This document shows, one piece after another, positions 42,826 through 50,762 of a DNA stretch of 61,139 nt. The number at the start of each line of letters is the position of its first letter. Position 1 is the first letter of the stretch. The notes under the pieces were generated by a model. The model was not told the origin of the DNA, did not search any database, and was given only the letters and a program-made list of their open reading frames with translations. Both the position numbers and the translations under genes were made by a program. Source of the stretch: an uncultured Gammaproteobacteria bacterium (GTDB lineage Bacteria > Patescibacteriota > Patescibacteriia > UBA9934); NCBI GenBank assembly GCA_964599455.1, contig CAZREA010000001.1:419829-480967 (forward strand), in the 5' to 3' direction.

Positions 42826-42960
42826 GAAGAAGGCGGGCAAGGTAAAAACGAAGGGACGAGCAGATCCCGACGCCAGGAGGGACCTAAAAAATCTCCGTGT
42901 GACAAAGGAATTGTTCTAGGCCCTTCGCGTTCGCTCAGGGTCTTTTCGCTTCTTACCTAG
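42826..42960. repeat. Composite repeat E2 (GGCGGGCTAG / GGGCAAGGTAA end, internal 25-bp module, TTCTAGGCCC core)
   Basis: aaaaaggcgggctag..ggcgggcaaggtaa..cagatcccgacgccaggagggacct..ttctaggcccttcgcgttcgctcagggtct. Related to 47171-47337 and 59894-59930. Confidence 0.75.
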
Positions 42961-43047
42961 TCTTACTTTCACCTCTCAAACAGAAAGCACCCGACCACAG
43001 AAAGCCGAGGCTCCCTGCGATGGGTGCTGAAGTTTTTGCGCACGCGT

Positions 43048-43365
43048 TCATCGACGCGGGTGCAAGACGATGATGTACAAGTTGGCGTCGGGCAATGGGA
43101 AATCTGAGTTCTGCCAGGATAGACGTCCTTTGTGGATACGGTGTAAGAAGAGGATATTACCCTTCCTCTCAGAACGCCAGAAGATTTTATGGAAGATGCA
43201 GTCTCTATTTCTGCCATCGTGATACGTCCAGTTCAGATGAAGATCATCCCCATGAAACTCCATCTCGTGAAGGGGTCCTGCATCGATATCGGTGGCTCGA
43301 TGCTCGATAACGGTTCCATTTCGCAATTCATCCGCAGTCAAACCGTGAAACTGAAGTGTAGACAT
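43048..43365 (-). CDS. Hypothetical protein (105 aa) inside an inverted-repeat-bounded segment
   Basis: AAGGAAG 8 nt upstream of the ATG at 43365. A stem-loop lies downstream at about 42985-43030. No family recognised. Confidence 0.55.
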   Translation of the reverse strand: MSTLQFHGLTADELRNGTVIEHRATDIDAGPLHEMEFHGDDLHLNWTYHDGRNRDCIFHKIFWRSERKGNILFLHRIHKGRLSWQNSDFPLPDANLYIIVLHPRR

Positions 43366-43440
43366 GTCGATTCTTCCTTTCACCGTATTCCACGACGGAC
43401 AAATACCCTATAAAAGTTTTCTCTATCAGTCAAAGGCGTT

Positions 43441-43478
43441 TTCTAGGCCTCTCCTGGCGTCGGGATCTGTTCGCTCAG
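43441..43478. repeat. Variant TTCTAGGCC..TTCGCTCAG core containing the inverted 25-bp module; encodes the C-terminus and stop of the glycosyltransferase
   Basis: ttctaggcctctcctggcgtcgggatctgttcgctcag. 43445-43469 is the reverse complement of 42861-42885 (23 of 25 identical). Confidence 0.75.
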
Positions 43479-44522
43479 AAGCTTCCAAATCTTTTTCACC
43501 ACTTCATCCCACGAATATTTTTCTAAACGAATTTTGCCCGCCGCAATCAGTCGCTCACGTAATGCCGCATCATCGGCAACGCAAGATATTGTTTCGGCAA
43601 TGTCTTGAATATTTTCTGGTTCGGCGTAAACGACCGCTTCTTGGCCAATTTCTTGTAAGACGGGAATTGATGATGCAACAACGGGAATGTTATAGGAAAA
43701 CGCTTCAAGCATCGGAAAAGAAAAACCTTCTTCTTTGGAAACAATCGCCATCATCGATGATTGCAAAAGTAATCGATTTTTTTCTTCATTAGAAATATAT
43801 CCCAGCGCACGAACTCCGGGAGTTATCAGTAGCGGCTCGATAGCCTCATAACCATGACCAGGCTTACCGGCAAGGATCAGTTCCCACGTTGGATGCGATT
43901 CGCGAAAAATAGCAAAGGCACGAATGAGATTAGCGACATTCTTTTTCTCTTCGATGCGGCCGATGAATAATATGAATGGCGCGCTTTCGTTCGTGCGCGA
44001 GACGGATCGCCGACCCGTCTGTACGTCAACAGAGCCCCATCCCGTCACCACAATTCGATCTGCGGCAAAACCTACTAATTCGACTAAATCTTTTTTGATT
44101 GCCTCGGTCGGCACAACAACATACCGACAAATCCTCTTCGTTCGCCACAAATCAAAACGCATATACGTTCGTTCACGCAAACTATACGCCTCGGGTCGGC
44201 GGAAAAAAGAAATGTCATGGATGATTTTTACCGTCTTTTTCGGACAAAAAAATGGCAAAGTGTGTACCGGCACAAAAAGCGCATCCGGTTTATCACGCCG
44301 CATCGCCAATGAAAGACCACCAAGTGTCCAAAATCGCTTCCACGTGATAACGCGCTGCGTCATTTCCGGTAAAGAGGAGATCTTTTGCGGCGTGTAATAT
44401 GAAAGATCAACGCCGTCCGGACGCGTTTCCTGCATCTTTTTCAGAAGTGCGTCACTTACAATCTCAACACCCGTTTTTTGCACGCCGTCGATACTGCGTG
44501 AAGCGTCAATCGCGATTTTCAT
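43443..44522 (-). CDS. Glycosyltransferase family 4 (GT-B, group 1)
   Basis: EX7E region EGFSFPMLEAFSYNIPVVAS. The ATG overlaps the upstream stop as ATGA (44519-44522). Confidence 0.85.
   Translation of the reverse strand: MKIAIDASRSIDGVQKTGVEIVSDALLKKMQETRPDGVDLSYYTPQKISSLPEMTQRVITWKRFWTLGGLSLAMRRDKPDALFVPVHTLPFFCPKKTVKIIHDISFFRRPEAYSLRERTYMRFDLWRTKRICRYVVVPTEAIKKDLVELVGFAADRIVVTGWGSVDVQTGRRSVSRTNESAPFILFIGRIEEKKNVANLIRAFAIFRESHPTWELILAGKPGHGYEAIEPLLITPGVRALGYISNEEKNRLLLQSSMMAIVSKEEGFSFPMLEAFSYNIPVVASSIPVLQEIGQEAVVYAEPENIQDIAETISCVADDAALRERLIAAGKIRLEKYSWDEVVKKIWKLLSEQIPTPGEA
43999..44021. repeat. P2 palindrome copy 2, in frame inside the glycosyltransferase gene
   Basis: gagacggatcgccgacccgtctg encodes part of VQTGRRSVSRT. 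Confidence 0.75.
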
Positions 44523-45613
44523 AGCTTCTCTAAAAGACGTTTTATCTCCGTCGCAAAGCGCTCCAAAGAAAACTCTCGTGCGCGTTCCTCGCACGCAGTT
44601 CGCATGGCAAGAGCTCGCTCGGGCGTCATCTCGTGCACCACGTGAATAAGATCATCAATCGCATATTTTGCCGGAATCAAGAGGCCATTTTTGCCATTAA
44701 TAATGGTCTCTTTCAATCCACCTTCGTCAACACCAATGCACGGTTTTCCCGCCGCCATACCTTCGAGCGGCGTCATGCCAAAATCTTCATCAATCGGAAT
44801 ATAGATGGTAGCAATACAGTTTCCTACCAATTGCTGCAATCGATCATTATCAACCCATCCGGCAATCTGGATATTCTCGTATCCTTTTGCTAATACTTTC
44901 ACCGCTTCGGCACGATCGCCCCCTGACAGTACAATGAGCTTCTTTTGTGGTATCCGCTGAAATGCTTTCATAATATCTTCAACCCGCTTCAATTCATCAA
45001 GCCGAGCCGTTGAAAGATAATAATCTCCCTGACCGATCCAATGGAACTTATCTGTTCGTATCGGAGGATAGACAACAAATGCATCTCGGTTGCAAAATCG
45101 CTTGATGCGATTCTGCACATTGACCGAGTTCGTTGCGATCGTCTTCATTCTCGACAATCCCAACCGATACAATCCTCGAATTAAATATTTCCCGATATCA
45201 TAAAAGAAAAATCTCTTTAACGGAGAAGGCTCCGCATTGCGCCGATACGCAAGCAGATCGTAGACATAGCGAACCGGCGTGTGGCAATAATAGAGGATTT
45301 TCTTTTTTCCCAAAGGACGCAATACTGCCGCCAAACAGTTATTGCCAGAAAGAATAATCGTATCGTAGTTTTTAATCAGCTTTCTCGTCTTCCACCAAAA
45401 GTTCCACTGTGCCCGGAAATAGCGCCACACCATTGCCCTTGGCTCGCCTTCGTCTAAAACAAAGACTTGATGCGGAGCATCACTTTTTGAAAACGTTTCC
45501 TCGGTCCAAAACTCAGTCGCAATATCGGCATCAAGAATATGAGCCAGGTCCAAAACCAATCGCTCTGCCCCACCGCGAAATTGAAAACGATCGTGAATGA
45601 TGAGTGTCGGCAT
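44519..45613 (-). CDS. Glycosyltransferase family 4 (GT-B, group 1)
   Basis: EDFGMTPLEGMAAGKPCIGV EX7E motif. Confidence 0.85.
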   Translation of the reverse strand: MPTLIIHDRFQFRGGAERLVLDLAHILDADIATEFWTEETFSKSDAPHQVFVLDEGEPRAMVWRYFRAQWNFWWKTRKLIKNYDTIILSGNNCLAAVLRPLGKKKILYYCHTPVRYVYDLLAYRRNAEPSPLKRFFFYDIGKYLIRGLYRLGLSRMKTIATNSVNVQNRIKRFCNRDAFVVYPPIRTDKFHWIGQGDYYLSTARLDELKRVEDIMKAFQRIPQKKLIVLSGGDRAEAVKVLAKGYENIQIAGWVDNDRLQQLVGNCIATIYIPIDEDFGMTPLEGMAAGKPCIGVDEGGLKETIINGKNGLLIPAKYAIDDLIHVVHEMTPERALAMRTACEERAREFSLERFATEIKRLLEKL

Positions 45614-45621
45614 AGGAAAAA

Positions 45622-46359
45622 TTAAGAAGCCGATTGGAGTATTTTAGACAATCGGTCTATATACCCGCTATGTTCTGATGCAGGAAGAATGTCTAACATT
45701 TTATTTAAAACAATACGTAAACCTTTCTCCACCTTGTCCATATCCGCATCTTGTTCGCGAGCAAGGCGTACTTTTATTAGTGCCTCTCCTCCTTCTAACG
45801 AAAGAAATATTTCAATCTTCTCTCTTGCCATGTTTTTTACCATTTCTTGTAACTGCATCTTTTCAACACCGGTTGCCTCTTTTCCCACTGTACGTTTAAA
45901 TTCGTTTAAAAGATATGCGAAAATATCGTTCGTTTTTTGTCCACTTCGAAACAAACCTTCCGCACGTTTTCGCGCAGTGCCATGATGAGGGTGAAGAAAT
46001 CTTTCTTTTACGGGTGGGGACGCTTGTCGCTTGCCCTGTTTGGAAGTAGTAGTCCGATTCTTCGCATGGCCCGAGCCATATCCTTGTCGTAAAACAGGAT
46101 CAAGAATAATCCCTGCAGTATCAAGACGAAGCCGGTCATACACAAGCTTTTCTTTGGGATCGGATAATATTTCAAACGCCGTACATATTTCTTTAAACCT
46201 TACTTCTGCATCAGGGTTATCAGGATTACGATCGGGGTGATAACGCAAGGCAAGTTTGCGGTATGCTTTTTTTATTTCATCCGGTGTTGCATCGGGAGAA
46301 ATTCCTAAAACAGAGTAAAAATCATATTTTTCGGATAATTTTCTACTCTCACGATCCAT
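45622..46359 (-). CDS. J-domain protein with non-canonical C-terminal region
   Basis: [35 protein letters not shown] (HPD). No Gly/Phe or zinc-finger region. ATG at 46359. Confidence 0.8.
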   Translation of the reverse strand: MDRESRKLSEKYDFYSVLGISPDATPDEIKKAYRKLALRYHPDRNPDNPDAEVRFKEICTAFEILSDPKEKLVYDRLRLDTAGIILDPVLRQGYGSGHAKNRTTTSKQGKRQASPPVKERFLHPHHGTARKRAEGLFRSGQKTNDIFAYLLNEFKRTVGKEATGVEKMQLQEMVKNMAREKIEIFLSLEGGEALIKVRLAREQDADMDKVEKGLRIVLNKMLDILPASEHSGYIDRLSKILQSAS

Positions 46360-46498
46360 AAAGGGTATATACGCGAGAAAGAATAGCAATATTCATTACC
46401 TGTAAGCAAACGGAAAAACTGTACAAATATCACAAACTCCGCTAAGGTGCTGCGTCGCTGATAACGACATCCCTTTCACTTCACTCTTCGGAGGCATC

Positions 46499-47062
46499 AT
46501 GATCGCGATTCTGGCTATTCTGTCCCTTGCCGCCCACGCCGAACCCCTCAGCGGACAGCTCATGCTGACCGCAACCGGGCAGAGCGAGCTGTCCGAGAAG
46601 GTCGACCTGGACGCTTTCGTCTCGTTGTTCTGGGAACGCTCGGCCGAGACCGAGCTCGCATTCGCCTACGTCGGCATGCCGATCGCAATCACCGATCGCC
46701 TCACGATCGGACCCTACACCGGCGCGGTCCTGAACTGGACCGGGCAGGGCGACATCGCGCCGCTGGCGTCGATCTGGACGTCGTTCGACGCGACCAAGAA
46801 GCTGCACCTGTTCGCGGAAGGAGACCTCTACTTCTTCCCCACGGGACGGCCGGTATACTTTGGTGCCTACAGCGCGGACTACGACCTGATCAGCGACGTG
46901 CTCTCGGCCGGACTCGTCACCGAGCACGTGGACACCGGCTTCAACTCCGGCGGACGCCTGAAGATCGAGTTCGGCGAGACACTGAGCCTGACGGGCACCT
47001 ACCTGAAGAAGATCCGTGCCGAAGGACAGGCCATCCGCATCACGGTGGGCGCCAAGTTCTGA
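46499..47062 (+). CDS. Secreted beta-barrel-like protein in GC-rich island
   Basis: GGAGG 5 nt upstream of the ATG. Signal peptide MIAILAILSLAAHA|EP. Alternating hydrophobic pattern, and C-terminus AIRITVGAKF resembles an OMP beta-signal ending in Phe. High GC3. Confidence 0.6.
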   Translation: MIAILAILSLAAHAEPLSGQLMLTATGQSELSEKVDLDAFVSLFWERSAETELAFAYVGMPIAITDRLTIGPYTGAVLNWTGQGDIAPLASIWTSFDATKKLHLFAEGDLYFFPTGRPVYFGAYSADYDLISDVLSAGLVTEHVDTGFNSGGRLKIEFGETLSLTGTYLKKIRAEGQAIRITVGAKF

Positions 47063-47091
47063 GAGACCACCACGTCATCAACCCGCATCGA

Positions 47092-47133
47092 CAATTCCCC
47101 ATCGGGGTCACGTCGGTGCGGGAATTGTTTTTT
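47092..47133 (+). terminator. Intrinsic terminator
   Basis: caattccc..gggaattg stem with nested cccgcatcgac/gtcggtgcggg pairing, followed by tttttt. Confidence 0.7.
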
Positions 47134-47170
47134 ATGTTCGTTTTCTGTTCGGTGTATAATAAAGAAGAGT

Positions 47171-47337
47171 AGTTGGGCTAGGCGGGCAAGGTAAGGAACA
47201 AAAAGACTCCTGCGTCACGAAGGGATTTTTCTAGGCCCTTCCCCTCGGCCATAGCACGGAATGTACTGGCCGGACGGGCGAGGCTATCGTCAGGGTCTGT
47301 TCCTCCCTTCATCTTTACCTTGCCCAACTAGCCCGCC
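47171..47337. mobile_element. MITE-like element E3 with about 28-bp terminal inverted repeats, in the rarA 5' region
   Basis: Left end is agttgggctaggcgggcaaggtaagg. The reverse complement of the right end is aggcgggctagttgggcaaggtaaag. The interior contains the TTCTAGGCCC..CAGGGTCTG core with an extra hairpin. Confidence 0.7.
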
Positions 47338-47351
47338 TTTTTATCCCTCTT

Positions 47352-48608
47352 ATGGACCTCTTCGACACCAAACCTCCATCCCTCGTACACACTCCCCTTG
47401 CCGAACGCATGCGACCAAAAACACTCGAGGAATACGAAGGTCAACAAGGTGTGATTGGGCAAGGAAGATATTTGCGTACGCTATTACAAAAAGGCGACAT
47501 TCCTTCACTCATTTTTTGGGGACCGCCGGGCGTTGGCAAAACAACACTTGCTCGCATCATCACCAACCACGTCAAGGCACGTTTTGTACCGTTCAGTGCG
47601 ACAAGCGGCAGCATCGCAGATATTCGTCTCGTCTTGAAAGATGCCGAGGAACGACGAAAATTTTATAACGAACGCACGATTCTTTTTATTGATGAAATTC
47701 ATCGCTTTAATAAGAGTCAGCAAGACGCCTTTTTACCCTCAGTAGAAAGCGGCATTGTGACGTTGATCGGCGCGACAACCGAAAATCCGTCGTTCGAAGT
47801 CAATGCCGCACTCTTATCTCGCTGCCGCGTGATCGTCCTTGAGCAATTGTCACTAGAAGCAGTTGTTTCCATTTTACAACGAGCGTTATCAGATGAAGAA
47901 CACGGGCTCGGAAAACTCAAATTAAAACTTTCAGATGACGCGATACGTTTCATTGCACAAGTGTCGAATGGCGATGCACGAAGCGCCCTCAACATGCTCG
48001 AGCTGGTCGCAAAAACGATCGAGTCCGAAAACGCCACCAAAAAATCAATCACACTCGACAAAGTCTCGACGATCATCGAAAAAAATACGCTCCTGTACGA
48101 CAAAACCGGCGAAGAGCATTACAACATTATCTCTGCACTCCATAAATCGATGCGCGGGAATGATGCCGATGCCGCGCTCTATTGGCTTGGCCGTATGCTC
48201 GAAGCCGGTGAGGATCCGCTCTATATCGCTCGTCGTCTTGTTCGATTTGCCAGCGAAGATATTGGTCTCGCGGACCCACATGCACTTGTGCAAGCCGTTG
48301 CCGCGCATCAAGCCGCACACATGATTGGTATGCCGGAATGTAATGTCATTCTTGCGCAATGCGTCGCCTACATGGCTAACGCACCAAAATCAAATGCACT
48401 TTATGTGGCGTATCATCAAGTAAAAGAGGACATCCGTAATCTCCCAAACGCGCCGGTGCCTCTTCATTTACGAAACGCGCCAACAAAACTCATAAAAGAG
48501 CTCAATTATGGCAAAGGTTACAGATACACGCCGGACTTTACGAATGTCGAGGATGCCAAACAGGATTATTTGCCAGAAAAATTAAAAGGCAGGAAATATT
48601 TTGAGTGA
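47352..48608 (+). CDS. rarA: Replication-associated recombination protein A (AAA+ ATPase RarA/MgsA)
   Basis: GPPGVGKTTLA, LFIDEIHRFNKSQQD, and C-terminal MgsA domain (YDKTGEEHYNIISALHKSMRG). Confidence 0.93.
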   Translation: MDLFDTKPPSLVHTPLAERMRPKTLEEYEGQQGVIGQGRYLRTLLQKGDIPSLIFWGPPGVGKTTLARIITNHVKARFVPFSATSGSIADIRLVLKDAEERRKFYNERTILFIDEIHRFNKSQQDAFLPSVESGIVTLIGATTENPSFEVNAALLSRCRVIVLEQLSLEAVVSILQRALSDEEHGLGKLKLKLSDDAIRFIAQVSNGDARSALNMLELVAKTIESENATKKSITLDKVSTIIEKNTLLYDKTGEEHYNIISALHKSMRGNDADAALYWLGRMLEAGEDPLYIARRLVRFASEDIGLADPHALVQAVAAHQAAHMIGMPECNVILAQCVAYMANAPKSNALYVAYHQVKEDIRNLPNAPVPLHLRNAPTKLIKELNYGKGYRYTPDFTNVEDAKQDYLPEKLKGRKYFE

Positions 48609-48628
48609 AAAATTGCTCACATTTTTTC

Positions 48629-48656
48629 TTGACACAAAAAAGACTTGTACTAAGGT
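48629..48656 (+). promoter_or_regulatory. Putative promoter of the tmRNA-like gene
   Basis: TTGACA-16 nt-TAAGGT, about 14 nt upstream of the GGGG 5' end. Confidence 0.4.
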
Positions 48657-48669
48657 AAAGATATCTGGC

Positions 48670-48837
48670 GGGGTCTCCATGACCTTTTCCGAGATGACCA
48701 AAGTAACTCCCCAATTTGGCGGAGTTATTTTTGTTAACACGCCGAGTTGAGCCAAGAATGGGGCCGTGAGGTCAATCGGTTAACCCGTCAGGTTTGTCAT
48801 CTCGAAAATGTCGGTTCGAATCCGGTCGGCTCCACCA
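48670..48837 (+). ncRNA. tmRNA-like RNA (possible minimal ssrA): tRNA-like domain, P2, one pseudoknot and a short tag frame
   Basis: The acceptor GGGGUC/GGCUCC has G3:U and the 3' end is ACCA. The T-arm carries a GGUUCGAAUCC loop. A 9-bp helix 48690-98/48796-804 takes the P2 position. A pseudoknot spans 48703-45. The frame GCC..UAA lies at 48751-83. Only 168 nt. Confidence 0.5.
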
Positions 48838-48863
48838 TTGTTCTTTGGTAAAACTCGGCACCA

Positions 48864-48888
48864 AAAACCCCGCATCACGCGGGGTTTT
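48864..48888. terminator. Bidirectional terminator between the tmRNA-like gene and the LOG gene
   Basis: aaaaccccgc-atcac-gcggggtttt. Confidence 0.75.
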
Positions 48889-48891
48889 CAA

Positions 48892-49440
48892 TTACTTATT
48901 TACTTCTTTCAACCGAGCAATTGCTGTTTGGATATCGGGAATAAATTCAATCAGATCCAAAGGACTACTATAGGATAATCCATTTTCGACAATACTTTCT
49001 AAGACTCGTCGCAACGGCTCATAGCCATCACCAACACAAAGAAGCAGTTTCTGTTTATCTATCTCGCCCAAAGCTTTTCGACAAAGAACTTCGAGAATTT
49101 CATAATGCGTACCAATGCCTCCAGGAAGCGCAACATAGGCATCTCCTAGTCCAATGAGACGCTGCTGGCGCGGAGATAAAGGAGAAAAATCCTCGATATG
49201 CGTATATGCATCATGTTCGAGTGGAGAATCTTTTTTATTTAGGGTAATGCAATGTACTGTACCTCCCGCCGCATGCATGCTTTTACAAATTTCGGTCATC
49301 ATTCCCAAATTTCCGCCGTTCACGCAGGTAAAACCTTCTTTGGCTAACAAAACGCCAAAATCTCGCGCTATTTGCAAATATTTCTCTGCATGTTCACCAC
49401 TTGGTGACGAGGCGCAAAAAACCGTCACATTCTTAATCAT
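48892..49440 (-). CDS. LOG family protein (TIGR00730, cytokinin riboside 5'-monophosphate phosphoribohydrolase-like)
   Basis: GGNLGMMT and PGGIGTHYEILE motifs. Confidence 0.82.
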   Translation of the reverse strand: MIKNVTVFCASSPSGEHAEKYLQIARDFGVLLAKEGFTCVNGGNLGMMTEICKSMHAAGGTVHCITLNKKDSPLEHDAYTHIEDFSPLSPRQQRLIGLGDAYVALPGGIGTHYEILEVLCRKALGEIDKQKLLLCVGDGYEPLRRVLESIVENGLSYSSPLDLIEFIPDIQTAIARLKEVNK

Positions 49441-49443
49441 AAT

Positions 49444-50679
49444 TTAGATGAGTTTCTTCTCCCTCATTGCGGTTTCAAGTCGCTGCAAGGCGATGATAAA
49501 TGCACCGCGACGCAAATCGGTTTGCAAAGAGTGTGATTTTTCAAAGATTTCCATGGTGTTATGACGCAAAATTGTTTGCAGTTTGGCAAACACATCAGCC
49601 TCAGCCCAATGTTCACCCTTCACATTTTGCTCCCATTCAAAGGTGGAGACGGTCACACCACCGGCATTGGCAAGAATATCAGGGATAACGGCAATGCCTT
49701 TGGCAAAAAGAATATCATCGGCTTCGGGAGTCGTTGGACCATTGGCAAGCTCCAAAATGACATTCGCTTGGATTTTGTCGGCATTATCGGCACGGATCTG
49801 ACCTTCGAGTGCAGCCGGGATCAAGAGATCACATGAAAGTGCTAAAAGTTCGTCATTGGTGATATTGCGTGAGCCAGGAAAATTCATGACCGATCCGGTT
49901 GATCGCTTATGTTCAAAAACTGCTACTGGATCAAGTCCAGATTCATTAACAATTGCGCCTTGCGAATCAGAAACCGCAAGAATCGTATGCCCCGCCGCGG
50001 ACCAAATCTTGGCTGCATATTCACCTGCATTGCCAAAGCCCTGAATAACCACGCGACACTTTTCCGGCAATTTCAGGTTTTCACGGAGCGTCTCGAAGAC
50101 ATAAAATCCTCCTTGCGCGGTGGCCGTACCGCGACCTTCCGATCCTCCGTTTGCGAGTGGTTTACCGGTAATCACCGCACCGCTGGTGTCACCGGTGATC
50201 TTTCCATATTCATCAGCCATCCACGCCATAATTTCCGGCGTGGTGTTCACGTCCGGTGCTGGTACATCTTTTTGCGGACCAATAACGTCAGCAAAAGCCC
50301 GTGCCCAGCCGCGGCTGAGTTGCTCAAGCTCAGCTTTGGATAACGTTTTGGGATCAACAGTCACCCCACCCTTCCCTCCGCCCATGGGAATATTGGCAAC
50401 TGCACATTTCAGCGCCATCCAAAATGCCAATGCCCTTACTTCATCAATATCGGTTTGTTGATGAAAACGAATGCCGCCCTTAAACGGACCACGGGCATTA
50501 TTGTGCTGCACACGATAGCCTTCAAAAACTTTCAGCGTGCCGTCATCCATGCGCACCGGAATCGATGCCCGCACTTCACGCATCGGTCTTGCTATGACTT
50601 CAAGGAAATCCGGCGAAAATGTCACCAGTCGGCCAGCACGATCAAGTTGATGGAGCGCATGTTGAAAAGCATTGGTCAT
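49444..50679 (-). CDS. gdhA: Glutamate dehydrogenase (Glu/Leu/Phe/Val dehydrogenase family)
   Basis: FKGGIRFH, IPMGGGKGG and Rossmann motif GFGNAG. Confidence 0.92.
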   Translation of the reverse strand: MTNAFQHALHQLDRAGRLVTFSPDFLEVIARPMREVRASIPVRMDDGTLKVFEGYRVQHNNARGPFKGGIRFHQQTDIDEVRALAFWMALKCAVANIPMGGGKGGVTVDPKTLSKAELEQLSRGWARAFADVIGPQKDVPAPDVNTTPEIMAWMADEYGKITGDTSGAVITGKPLANGGSEGRGTATAQGGFYVFETLRENLKLPEKCRVVIQGFGNAGEYAAKIWSAAGHTILAVSDSQGAIVNESGLDPVAVFEHKRSTGSVMNFPGSRNITNDELLALSCDLLIPAALEGQIRADNADKIQANVILELANGPTTPEADDILFAKGIAVIPDILANAGGVTVSTFEWEQNVKGEHWAEADVFAKLQTILRHNTMEIFEKSHSLQTDLRRGAFIIALQRLETAMREKKLI

Positions 50680-50762
50680 AAAATTTTACGTTATATTTGA
50701 TGATAGATGGGTCTTTGGAAATGTGTAGCTAAAAATAACAAGGATGTGCTTCTTGCAGAATA

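Noticed and set aside
48760-48837. A plain 78-nt tRNA (GGGGCCG acceptor pairing perfectly with CGGCUCC, a good D-loop and T-loop).
   Set aside because: No anticodon stem can be formed. The corresponding nucleotides instead pair perfectly (9 bp) with a segment about 100 nt upstream, which favours the larger tmRNA-like fold.
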